Shown here: positions 1 to 11,410 of the stretch, piece by piece | How the letters are laid out: every line of letters starts with the position of its first letter | How positions within the stretch are numbered: the stretch's first letter is position 1 | From: Psammoneis japonica | Taxonomy: Eukaryota | DNA length: 64,000 nt | Reading direction: 5' to 3' | NCBI GenBank assembly: GCA_008632985.1 | Contig: QPGO01000088.1 | Coordinates: 124,001 to 188,000, forward strand | Program-made: the position numbers and the translations under genes | Notes under the pieces: generated by a model | Seen by the model: the letters and a program-made list of their open reading frames with translations, nothing else | Told to the model about the DNA's origin: nothing | The model's database searches: none

Positions 1-530
1 AAAGAGTGAGCCTTGGGGTTGCAGCCGCATCTCCAAGCTCAAAAGCAAAAGATGTCCCTGTTTTTGAGTTGAAAGTGCACAAAAATGGATGCCCATCTCA
101 TGGGACACAAAGTGAGCAAGAAGCTTGCCAGATGATGACAAGCACACTGTGCATCATCAAGGAGGAGTCATTGAGAAGGAGTGAGAAGCACTGAAAAGCC
201 CTGCCTGGCTCCCCATGATGGGGCGGGCAACTTGCCACCTCACACCCATCTGAGCAGCGAGCAGAAGTTGTTGTGGGCAAGATGACACTTCTTGTTGTCA
301 GCTCCAATGTGCAATCTCTTTGCCAAATGCTGAGAACAACAACACATGCTGCCTTAAAGTGCTTGGGTTTAAGAAGAGAAAGAAGACACACAGCTCAGAA
401 AATGTCATGAAGCATCTCTTCAATGCCAGCTGTAAAAAGAAAATGTGTTGTTGCTTCTTCTCATGACTTCACAAAGAAGGGAGCTGTGTTTCATTTGAAG
501 TGGCACCAATGCAGGTGGATCCTTGTGTTA
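1..530. mobile_element. Edge of a decayed repeat (TpA- and CpG-depleted DNA)
   Basis: Almost no TA and few CG dinucleotides, TG/CA-rich; same composition as the identifiable transposons. No family motif recognised. Confidence 0.4.
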
Positions 531-738
531 CAAAATTGACCATTGACAGCAATGTTGACAATCTGACATTTGGTGTTCTGCATTGGACCAAATGGCACAG
601 ACAGCATGGGTGACTAAAACGACAGAAGAAGCCATGATGCAATATGAAGTTGTTGTAGCAAAGCCAACACCACTACAGTAGCTAGAGAGGAGGGTGCAGG
701 GTAAAGTGTTATTTGCATGTACCAAAATAAAGGATAGT

Positions 739-2175
739 TTAATCAGCATTAGGATAGTTGTTGTATAGCACCGTGGAGGCGCTAATCAAACCACACAGGC
801 AGTGGAAGCCTTCATGCATCTTTTTGCCCCGGTACTTTTTATGCAAGTCGATCCCGGTGTTGTTGCTGAAGACAAGCACGTCACAGCAGCTCTGAAACAA
901 AGAGATGACAAAAATGAGAGGGCCAACCATTCCCGCATAAGCCGCTGAAAGAGTGACATACACTAAGCGACGTACCTTCAAAACAGCCAAGAAAAGCACA
1001 AACTGTTTTTCTCCAACCTTCTTTACCTTATGACGACATTTTTCAAGGTAATCCTCTCCGGACTCTTCTGAAGCCACTCGAGCCAACTCTTCGTGAGCCG
1101 ACTTCACCTCGTTTCGTCGATAATTCCAGTACGTTTTTGCGTTGACAACGAGTCCAGAGAGGGCGCCCAAGAAGTAACTTCTAAAGGCCAAGACCACCGC
1201 TTTGCTTTGGATGCGTTTACGTCGAGACAACCTATCAGACTCTACCAAAGAATAGTCATCTAGAAACCCCGTGGATGCAAGAAACGACACGTTGTCACCA
1301 GCCCAAAACCCCAAGAGCCCAAGGAGTTTGAGGGACATTCCGATAAGTTTCCAAGCTGGAGCGTTATCGGGTTGTGATGAAGGCGCAAGCGAAGAAAGCC
1401 GAGAAATCATGGGACGATACACCCGAGACCCAAAGCTAGAGAGCGAACGGTAGAGGACACTTCTCGAGCGAGGCTCTGGGATAGTCGATGGACCCCATCC
1501 AATGTTGGACGAGGCTTTTCGTGGTAGGTGAGGTCGCCTCGGTGCCTCGTTTTCGGAAGCAGCATCACCATGCTTCAGAGCGAGGCGAAGATGCCATAAC
1601 ACAACACTGACAAGACCCATCTGTCGAAGCTTCTCCAATTCCGTAAAACTGCGACCGAGACGGAAAGCTTTACGGCTCCTGGCTACTTGCGTGTACAAAT
1701 CTTTAAATCGTTGCGCTTGGCCGGCAGTTAGTTGACTTCTGCTCAACCACCACGCCAAAAAACGAGCTGCGTACTGGACAACCTTTGTGATCTTGTCTCT
1801 TCCATCCAGTGTCAGTGACAGTGCTACCCAGGAATTCATTGCCAGTGGCGTAGCCTTGCGTTCAAGCCCATGCGACAAGGAGACAACAGGTAACGGCGAT
1901 CGGGGCAGATGATTGGAGTTGGAGTGCTCGGCATTTTCGACTGGCTCTCTGAAACTCACGGACTTTGAAATCCCAGGCTTCTTTGAAGATTGCTCAGCAG
2001 CGGCTTCATTTACTGGAACATTTTTGCTTCCGTCCTTCGCATTCTCGTCAGAAATCGGGACTTGTTCCCGAGTGTCGCTATCGTTGTTGTTTTTCGCGCC
2101 GTTCGCATTGATCGTGCTGGCGATACTCTCATCGCGGTTCATGTGCTCGTTGGATGACAAGTTTGGCGGAGACAT
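739..2175 (-). CDS. PEX11: Peroxisomal biogenesis factor 11 family protein; exons 2175-976 and 891-739
   Basis: Motifs LDGRDKITKVVQYAARFLAW, RSRKAFRLGR and C-terminal CGLISAS. An 84-nt in-frame GT..AG intron (975-892; AAG|gtacgt ... tttcag|AGC) explains the VRRLVYV...ISLFQ stretch. Confidence 0.85.
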   Translation of the reverse strand: MSPPNLSSNEHMNRDESIASTINANGAKNNNDSDTREQVPISDENAKDGSKNVPVNEAAAEQSSKKPGISKSVSFREPVENAEHSNSNHLPRSPLPVVSLSHGLERKATPLAMNSWVALSLTLDGRDKITKVVQYAARFLAWWLSRSQLTAGQAQRFKDLYTQVARSRKAFRLGRSFTELEKLRQMGLVSVVLWHLRLALKHGDAASENEAPRRPHLPRKASSNIGWGPSTIPEPRSRSVLYRSLSSFGSRVYRPMISRLSSLAPSSQPDNAPAWKLIGMSLKLLGLLGFWAGDNVSFLASTGFLDDYSLVESDRLSRRKRIQSKAVVLAFRSYFLGALSGLVVNAKTYWNYRRNEVKSAHEELARVASEESGEDYLEKCRHKVKKVGEKQFVLFLAVLKVRRLVYVTLSAAYAGMVGPLIFVISLFQSCCDVLVFSNNTGIDLHKKYRGKKMHEGFHCLCGLISASTVLYNNYPNAD

Positions 2176-2399
2176 AATCTTACCGGTTTGAATACTCTCG
2201 TCGTAAGAAGTCGTTGACGAGCTTTGAAGTCTTCTTCGGGTGCTCCGCTATCGTCGTTTTACCGTGGGATGCAGCGCTGACACCAGGCTTGACGCGCCTC
2301 ATTGCAGTTCGTGATTGGCGTCAGTGACGAGCAGGTTTGCGGGCGGGTCGGAGGGAATTTTCGCGCTTTTCCTAGCTAGCAGTCACGAGTCTTTTTCAG

Positions 2400-2787
2400 T
2401 CACGCATCAGGCAGGCTTCTTCATCGAACGATTCCGTGTCAATCAACCCACCCGTTTGCTCCCTTTCTCTCCATCGCGGCCACACCATCGCTGTCTGCAA
2501 TTGCACTGGTTACATGCCACCTGTGTGACTCTGCTGGATTGAAAGCCAGCAGTGCTTCCTCAACCCAGTCTCTGATCTCTCGAACCCACCAGCTCTCTTT
2601 GCTGGTTGCTTGTTGCTTCTTTGAGCTGCAGATGACTTTTCTCTTGACGATCCTGCCAACTTTTTTCGTGAAATCCCACCAATTTTTTTCTCAATGATCC
2701 TGCTGATGATGATTCTGATGATTCTTTTTACACCTCTTCTCCTTTGGTCTGCCGCACTGCCGATCCCTTTTCCAGCTGCCACGAGCG
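2400..2787. mobile_element. Left part of an older decayed element into which the Copia inserted
   Basis: TpA-depleted like 9904-10870; the two flanks join across the ATCAT duplication. Confidence 0.4.
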
Positions 2788-2792
2788 ATCAT

Positions 2793-3068
2793 TGACAGGA
2801 TTTGAACAGGATTCAGGTGCGCGCGAAATGTCGCGCGCTGTTTAGTTTGCCGCGCACAGTTTTGTGTGCTTCAGTTCCACGTGTTCGCGCACGATGTAGT
2901 TTGCTTTCGAGCCACAAGGCTCACAAGAACAATGACGGCAGCCCGATTGCACCGACTCACACGTCCTTCGGCTCCTGCAACGGTCTCTGAGCGGAGACTC
3001 ATCTGCTGTTTAGACAGCAGCAAGGAGTCATTGTTTGAATTCTTGCCATTTGCCTTCAATTTCTGTCA
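2793..3068 (+). repeat. 5' LTR
   Basis: Aligns without gaps to 9623-9898; 21 differences by eye, all transitions. Confidence 0.96.
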
Positions 3069-4005
3069 GATTGACAGTCTTGCTCATTGTCAACCCATTG
3101 AGCAACCGCCATCATCGTCGTTGATTTGCCGACGACGCCATCTCAATTCTGCGTGGACCTCCGCACATGTTCTACGTACATCGGCAAGTCTGCGTGCATT
3201 CAATGCCAGGCACTGGCAGGAATTTAACGTCACCGTCAAGTCTCCTTGCCGCTGGATGTCTGGATTGATTGTGCCACCTTTGATCGCTGAAGACATGCAT
3301 CAACGGTCACATCCAAGTCTGTCCTTGATCCTCATCCCTTGATGCACCCATTCATCGGTTAACGGTCAAGAACCCCACACACTCAAGGATCTTCATCGCT
3401 GAAGACACACATGTGTGCATGTCTTCACGGCCAAGAACTTGCACCCACTCTTCGGATTGCGGTTTTGCCACCACTCTACAAGCACACCGAGTCCATTGTG
3501 CCTGATCCACCCCGGACTGCTGGTGCTCTGCAGTTCTGCTGGGTCCACGAGGATGACTGTGAGAGCAAGCAGCCGTGGTTGCAGCCTGCGTTGGGGCGAG
3601 GGTGTTTTCCCGCGTTTGTTCGTTCGTCCACAGTGCCTGACGCCTGCGTCAACTGGCCAGCCTGATCGGGAAATCCAACCGACATAAAATGAGAACGGTT
3701 CGGGGGTCTTGTCCACCTCTGGTCAGCTTGCCTGCAGGGGTTTACAACCCGCCACTCCGCTCGCAAGCAACCCAAAGCGACACTGGCTGCAGGTTCCGAC
3801 GTGCCAGCACAACTCTACGGACCGGACAGGAAGTTTAGCACTTGACAACGAACGGGATGACAAAGCCCGGCGACTTCTGATTTTTAAGACAGTTCAAGAT
3901 TTCAAGTCAAGTCTGCCTCAAGTCAAGTCCATTCTCACCCAAGTTTCGAGTCTACCTTCGCTTCCCCAACCAGAATTGATTGTCCTGACACCACTTTTGT
4001 CCACC

Positions 4006-7000
4006 ATGGTTCTCACTCGTCAGCAACAAACCGATGGTTTCGAGCACGTCATTGGAACCGTGCTTGCCCAAGGTGCTGGGAGCCCTCTTCGTTTGGCTTT
4101 GACCCAAGACGGCACGGACTCGCATCAAGAACTGTTCACGTTCACACCGTCCCAAATCGACTCGCTTGAGTGCGACAACGGCACCAATGTGATCCCTTTG
4201 CCCCGCGGTTATAAGAACATGTCAGCAGCTCTAATTAGTCTGTACATTGTCAAAGCACATGAAGGTCTTGACGTTGCCAATGACTCCTCGTTGTTCACGC
4301 ATGACGAGTTCCTTGCCTGCTGCCTCAGCCCCGACTGCATGTCTTCTGTGTCCGTCAGCAGCTCACCCCTCGCACCTCCGCATGTCACCAACCCGACCAA
4401 GGCACGCGACCCGGTGCGAGACTTCAAGCGAGGCATCAAGCATGACCCCACCGCTTTCACGGCTCTCAAATCTGACAAGCAGTGGCACACTTGGCACACC
4501 TCACTTGTGGCACAAGCCCGTGCCCAAGACGTCGAGTGCACTCTAGACTCGTCGTACAAACCAACCAGCCCCGAAGACAAACTGCTCTTTGCTGAACAGC
4601 AAAAGCACATGTTTGCCGTCTTCGAATGCATTCTTCTCACCAACAAGGGCAAGGCTCTCATTCGCGAAAATGTGGGGTCTTCTGATGCCCAGACCGTCTG
4701 CCGCGCCTTGTCTGAGCATGCGCTCGCCTCCACCCGCGCATCTGTCGAGTCCTCCACCTTGCTCATGTGCCTTGCCACCGCACGTCTTGGTGATGGTGCT
4801 TGGAAAGGTCCGACCCACGGGTTCATCCTTCATTGGCAAGATCAGTTGCGCAAGTGCGAGGCACTCATCCCGGCCAGTGACCACTTCTCTGAAGGACAGA
4901 AGCGCGTCATGCTCGAGAATGCCGCACACCCTGTCGAGGAACTCCGTGCTGTCAAGAACCAAGCTGATCAGCATCGTACGCAGAGTGGCAAGAGCCTCAC
5001 ATGTGATCAACACTGTGGCTTGCTCCTCTCCGCGGCGGCTCAATGCAACAGTGCGTTTCAACCCAAGACGACACCTCGAGCTCCCCGACGTGCCACACAC
5101 GCACACGACGTCCACTCCGAGGAACCATCCGACGATGTGTTCTGCGACATTGACAGTGACATTGACGTCCTTCAGGCCAATGCTGCCTGCACCCGTGGTC
5201 CCAGCCTCACCGGTGACCAATGGAAACGTCTCCCTCCCGACCACCAACGGATTTGGGATTCATTGCCCCATTCCTCCAAGGCGATCATCCTTGAGCATTC
5301 TCGTCTGCCTCCCCGCAACCCGCGAGCCAGCAACTGCCATGAGTCCATTACGGCCAACCTTCACGACCAACGCCTTGGGAGTGACGGTGATGTCAACTTG
5401 TCCAACACGACTCCTGCTGACTCTGGTGACCCCGCTCCAAATGTGGGTGCCACTTCGGACAATCCCATCCTGGCGCACCTCACCAAGCGCAAGCCACTGC
5501 CACCCGGTGATCTGCAACGTCTGTTGTCTCCTAACCAAGCCCCCAACGCTAGTCAACCGGGGCCATCCGCCGCTCCCTCCACTCTGCCAGCTCCTGCCGA
5601 TGACATGGAACTTGGCGGCCGCACTCACCGCCACGTCAACAACCACAATGTCATTCACTCTGCCTCTGCTCATCGCTCCACACACACTGGTGCTCTAGTC
5701 GATCGTGGGGCCAACGGCGGCATTGCTGGTGATGACATTCGCGTCATTGCACGCACCTCTTGCCAAGTCGACGTTCAGGGCATTGACGACCATCAATTGG
5801 TGGACATCCCCATTGTCACCGCTGGTGCCGTCATTGAGACCCAGCGTGGTCCCGTCATCGCCATCCTCCATCAGTGCGCATGCACGGGCAAGGGCAAGAC
5901 CATTCATTCCTGCGGCCAGCTCGAATGGCACAAACAGGATGTCAACGATTGCTCTGTCAAGGTGCCCAACGGCTTGCAATGCATTGCCACTCCTGATGGC
6001 TGTGTCATCCCCATTGACATCAAGGGCGGCCTGCCTTGTGTTGCCATGCGACCTTGCACTGACGCCGAATGGGACACCCTGCCCCATGTCATCCTCACCG
6101 GTGATGACACGTGGGATCCTTCCGTCCTCGATCACTCTGTCACTGATGACGACCAGTGGCACGACGCGATCTCTGACCTGCAGGACGATCCCACTGCCAA
6201 CCTGTTTGACGAGTGCGGCAACTGCCGTCATCGTGTCGTTGTCAACGAGACCATCATGTCCGCTTCCTTGTCTGCCGATCACGCGTCCGCCCTTGATGAT
6301 CATCTCATTCCGAACGACGACGTGTTCTACGAGTGTCATCTACACGCGATTGACCCCAAGGATGATGACGTTCTGCCCCCGGAGCACACTGTGCAGCCCA
6401 AGGACCCCCCCTTCGAGTCTCTTCGGCCCCACTTTGGCTTCCCACCTGCCGATGCGGTCCGTCGTACTTTTGACTGCACCACGCAGCACGTCCGCGTGCC
6501 CGCCGGTGCACACCTTGGGAAGGCCTGCAAATCACCCAACCCCACCCTCAATGTGCACCGCCGCAACGAGCCCATCGCCACTGACACCGTTTGTGCCAAC
6601 ACCCCGGCCGTCGACTCTGGTTGCACCAGCACCCAACTGTTTGTTGGCGCTGAGTCTACCGTCACTGACGTCTGCGGCACCAAGACGGACAAGGAGTTTG
6701 TCAACACACTCGAGGATCAGATCCGTGAGCGTGGTGCCCCATCCAAACTCATTGGCAACCGTGCTCAAGTTGAGATCAGCAACAAGGTGCTCGGGATTCT
6801 ACGAGCCCTCTTCATCTCCAGCTGGCAAAGTGAGCCTCACCAGCAACACCAAAACTTTGCCGAGCATCGACACCAGACCGTGAAGCGCATGGCGAACACT
6901 GTCATGGATCGTTTCGGTTCGCCTTCCCACACATGGCTGCTGGCGCTCATGTGCGTGTGCTTCACACTCAACCACACAGCGTCCCCACGTCTCCACTGGC

Positions 7001-9609
7001 GCACACCCCTCGAGACTCTCACTGGCTCCACCCCGGACATCAGCCCATTGCTTCGCTTTCACTGGTGGGAACCCGTGCACTTCCACCTCGATGACTCCGA
7101 TTGGCCGCCCAAATCCTGTGAGTTGCGTGGACGCTTTGTTGGCATTGCTGAGCACGTCGGCCACCAGATGACCTTCAAGATTCTCTCTGACGAGACTCAG
7201 AAGATCCTCTTCCGGTCCAATGTATGATCCGCTGCCACCGATCCTGCCGTTCGAAACCTGCGTCTTGATCCTCCTGATGGGGAGCCACCTGAACCCATCA
7301 TCAAATCCCGCCATGATGACAACCCCGTCGATTCTCCTGATGGGGAGATCAGGACACCCAAGATGCCAGTTTTTGATCCGCAAGACATCATCGGACGCAC
7401 CTTCCTCATGCAGCCACAAGAGGACGGACAACGCCACAGAGCTCGCATCGTCAAGGCCGTCGAAGACCACGAATGGAAAGTGAGTGGCAATCCCGAGCTC
7501 ACTAAGTTCGTCTGCTCTGTCAACAACGACGAACATGAGGAAGTCCTTGCCTGCAACGACATCATGAATCACATTGAGCAAGAAGACGAAGACACTGCTG
7601 TTTGGAAATTTCGACGCATCGTGTCACACGAAGGACCTCTGAAACCTCATGACCCAACCTGGAAAGGCTCAAGCTACAACATCATGCTTGAATGGGAAAG
7701 TGGGGAGATCACGTCCGAGCCTCTTGCCATCATCGCCAAGGACGACCCCGTCACCTGCGCCATCTGTGCACGAGAGAACGGACTTCTCGACACTGATGGC
7801 TGGAAGCGGTTCGTCACCATTGCGAGGCGCCAGAAGAAGCTGTTTCGCATGGCCAACCAAGCCAAGCTTCGCTCCTTCCGCACTGCACCTCGCTACAAGC
7901 ACGGATGCGAAGTTCCCCGGAACTACAAACACGCCATGTCACCAGACGAACGCAACGGCAACCGCAAATGGGGAGACGCAGCTAATCTTGAGATGGACCA
8001 ACTCGGGGAATGCGAAGTCTTCCATGACTGCAGGCCCTTCGAGTCTTCCACTCCTCCTGCGGGACACAAGAAGATCCGAGTGCACCCAGTGCACGACGTG
8101 AAACACGACGGTCGCCACAAGGCACGACTCACAGCCGATGGGCACCTCACGGACGTACCCATCGACAGTGTCCACTCCGGAGCAGTCTCCCTCCGTGGCC
8201 TTCGGCTGATGATTTTCCTGGCCGAACTCAACGAGTTGGAGACATGGGCCGCCGACATTGGCAATGCCTGCCTTGAAGCCACCACCAAGGAGAAGCTCTA
8301 CATTGCAGCCGGACCCGAATTTGGCAAACTCGAAGGACACATCCTTGTCATCCACAAGGCCCTGCATGGACTGCGCAGCTCCGGTCTCCGCTGGCACGAG
8401 CGCTTCGCTGACTGCCTGCGAGCTGAAGGCTTCTTCCCCTGCCGCGCCGAACCCGACATTTGGATGCGCAGGAACGGCGACCACTGTGAATGCATTGCCG
8501 TTTATGTGGATGACCTCGCCATTGCTGTGAAGGACCCTCAATCTTTCGTCAACACTCTCACGGAAAAGTGCAAGTTCAAGCTCAAGGGTGCGGGACCCAT
8601 TGAGTTCCATCTGGGTTGCGACTTTTCCCGGGATCCCGACGGCACCTTGTGCCTGTCTCCGCGCAAGTGCATCGAGCGCATGGTCGACAGCTGCACCCAA
8701 CTGTTTGGGGAGAAACCTGCCACCAACGCCCTGTCACCTCTGGAGAAGGGTGACCACCCTGAACTGGACACTTCCGAACTGCTGGAGCCCAATGGCATTC
8801 ACAAGTTCCAGTCTCTTGTTGGTTCACTCCAATGGGCAGTGTCCCTTGGTTGAATTGACGTTGCAACGGCCGTCATGTCACTCTCTAGCTTCCGAGCTGC
8901 GCCCCGTCAAGGCCAGTTGGATCATGCCAAACGCGTCTGTGGGTGCCTCTCCAAGATGCGACACGGCGCTCTCCGCATTCGCACAGAAGAGCCCGACCAC
9001 TCGGATCTCCCTGCTCCAGCCTGTGAATGGATGCATTCCATGTGCGGCGAAGCAGAAGAGATGATCCCGAAGGACGCTCCACCGCCCCTTGGCAAGTTCG
9101 TCACTGCCACCCACTGCGTCGATGCAAACTTGCACCATTGCATGCTCACCGGACGCTCTGTCATGGGAATGCTCCACTTCCTCAACAAATTCCCGGCTGA
9201 TTGGTTCTCTAAGAAGCAAGCCACCGTGGAGACTGTGACCTGCGGGTCTGAATTTGTTGCCGCAAGGACTTGTGTTGAGCAGATTGTCGACCTGCGCATC
9301 ACCCTGCACTGCCTTGGCGTCCCGATCTGCAATGTCAGTTGCATGTTCGGTGACAACAAGTTGGTTGTAGACAGTGCCACCATCCCGCACTCCAAGTCAC
9401 ACAAGCGACACACCGCACTGTCGTTCCACCGTGTGCGTGAGGCAATTGCCTCTGGTCACCTTGAGTTCCACTTCATCGAAGGCTCCCGCAACCCTGCTGA
9501 CATTCTCAGCAAGCATTGGGGTTGCTCCCAAATCTGGGACCTTCTCCGCCCCCTCATGTTCTGGAACTTCATTCCATCTGAAGTAGAATCTGTTTCTGTG
9601 ACTCCTCAA
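4006..9609 (+). pseudogene. Copia gag-pol polyprotein, one frame broken by two TGA stops (7225-7227, 8851-8853)
   Basis: ORFs 3709, 7363 and 8875 share a frame. Protease LVDRGANGG; integrase region WQSEPHQQHQNFAE; RT DVKHDGRHKARL, DIGNA, YVDDL; RNase H DANL, GSEFVAAR, GDN, NPADILSKHW. Both stops fit CGA>TGA. The end is placed at a presumed erased TAA (now CAA, 9607-9609). Confidence 0.92.
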
Positions 9610-9622
9610 GCAAACTGGGGAG

Positions 9623-9898
9623 TGACAGGATTTGAACAGGATTCAGGTGCGCGCGAAATGCCGCGCGCTGTTTAGTTCACCGCGCACAGTTTTGTGTGCT
9701 TTAGTTCCGTGCGTTCGCGCGCGATGTGGTTTGCTTTCGAGCCACAAGGCTCACAAGAATGACAACAGCAGCCCGATTGCACCGACTTGCACGTCCTTCG
9801 GCTCCTGCAACAGTCTCTGAGCGGAGACTCATCTGCTGTCCAGACAGCAGCAAGGAGTTGTTGTTTGAATTCTTGCCATTTGCCTTCAATTTCTGTCA
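9623..9898 (+). repeat. 3' LTR
   Basis: Copy of 2793-3068, preceded by the PPT and followed by TSD ATCAT. Confidence 0.96.
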
Positions 9899-9903
9899 AT
9901 CAT

Positions 9904-10750
9904 CCGCCGCCGGTCGCCTCCCCCAGCTTCTTCTCTGCCACCCTCATGACCTCCTGCCACCTTCTCTCTGCAGCACACCTCTCTTGTTGCTGCGGTGCAT
10001 TCCTGCATCTCACCCTCAACTCTGCTCAGACCTGGTGTCCTCAAGACTCGCCACCTTTCATGTTCTGTGACATGGACTTGCTTCTTGTTGCGAGACCACA
10101 CTTGGCTGGCATCAAACTGGGTGCCCTTCTCCGATTGCCACCCACCTGGGCCTTCTTCCTGCTTCTCACCATTTTCCTCCATTTGTGATCCTTCTGCTGC
10201 CACCCCATTTTGCTCAGTTTTTTTGTCCTTTGGCCCCTCCCTGCTCTCTCCCCAAGTTCTCATCCTTTTCCTGCCCTCCCCGGGTCCACTGCTTCCTCCA
10301 CAAGAAGATTGGCACCACTTCCAACCAGCCCTCATTTCCCTTCTTGGCACTTAAAAACACTGTGGATCTCCAAGTTTGCACGCCATCCCCAGCTCTTGCC
10401 CTTTTCCTTTGCACATGCCTCCGTGCCTGTGAATCCAATGGCGAGCCTCCCCTCCCTTTTGTCTTTCAAGTTCTCATGCACCTGCCTTCTTCTCTCCTTT
10501 GACAAAACTTTCTCCACGCACATTGACAACTGCCTTGAGAACTCTTTTGTCACCCCTGACATTGCTGCAGTTGACCCACCCTTTCCTGGCACTCTCTCCC
10601 ACATGATTCCACCGCCTTCTCTTTCTGTTCCACCTGCTGACTCCCCTTCCATTTTGGCAGCCACTTCGATGCACGTTTCTGCTGCCCCTCATGTCCTCCC
10701 TCACTCTTGTCATCAGGCTCTTGATGTTTTCACTTGGTTTAAAAGCCCTC

Positions 10751-10788
<38 letters not shown>

Positions 10789-10870
10789 GGCCCTGCATGA
10801 TGCTTTGCACGTCCCTTCTGCTCTTCCGCTGCCACAGCTGCTTTTCCGTGCCTCCTTCTGCTGTTCCATT
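9904..10870. mobile_element. Right part of the older decayed element
   Basis: Pyrimidine-rich, nearly TA-free and CG-poor. Family not recognised. Confidence 0.4.
10751..10788. repeat. (GA)n microsatellite
   Basis: Read directly, with one interruption. Confidence 0.95.
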
Positions 10871-11410
10871 CTGTTCTCAATGGGCTCTTTAACCCTGTGC
10901 TTGGTCTAAACTCTCTGCTCCCGGTACGAGAGGGCCTTTCTCTAGTGGAGGTGCCAAAGTGGCCTGACCTCAGCTTTCTTACATGATGCCGCATGCGACT
11001 GTGGACTACCAACTGCCGGCCTCTCTAGAGGAGCAGTGTCACACCAATCGATGCAATTGCTATTGTGGCTGTATGAATATGAAGTGACAGCGGCGAAGCG
11101 ACTAAATCGGCGATCCATACCGCTAGAGTAAGCAGGGCCTATGAACGCCCACAATCTCCACAATGAACATGCTTGCAGGAAGTTATAAACTTTTTCTTAT
11201 TTTTCAAATAGCCGATGATGAAGGAACCGTTAGTTCCAGTGTGCAAAATTTTGTGCATGTACAAACACCACAAAACAAAACGATCTAGCCGGCCCCAAAT
11301 ATCTTTCTGCGAAAAAATACGTTTCCACACCGTAAATTAAACGTTCGGTGCGTCAACTTGTGGCCAACAATAGTTGGCTTTTCATAAAACTGTACAACTT
11401 TTAACAACCC

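Larger units (their letters stand above)
2793..9898 (+). mobile_element. Full-length Ty1/Copia LTR retrotransposon (CoDi-like), mutationally inactivated
   Basis: Two 276-bp LTRs (TGACAG...CTGTCA), 5-bp TSD ATCAT at 2788-2792 and 9899-9903, purine tract GGGGAG before the 3' LTR, domain order gag-PR-IN-RT-RH. Confidence 0.96.

Noticed and set aside
3709..4005. N-terminal 99 aa of the 1172-aa ORF as part of Gag
   Set aside because: It has a non-ATG start and looks like 5' leader opened by stop loss; the ATG at 4006 is the more plausible start.
4006..9609. Alternative genetic code or RNA editing to explain Cys/His in place of Tyr
   Set aside because: Host genes use Tyr normally; both A>G and T>C occur on one strand; non-coding LTRs and TIRs are also affected; the two LTRs differ from each other.
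2793..9898. Classical RIP, or CpG deamination alone
   Set aside because: RIP raises TpA, whereas here it is lost. CpG decay explains the CGA>TGA stops and Arg>His/Cys but cannot change TAY codons.
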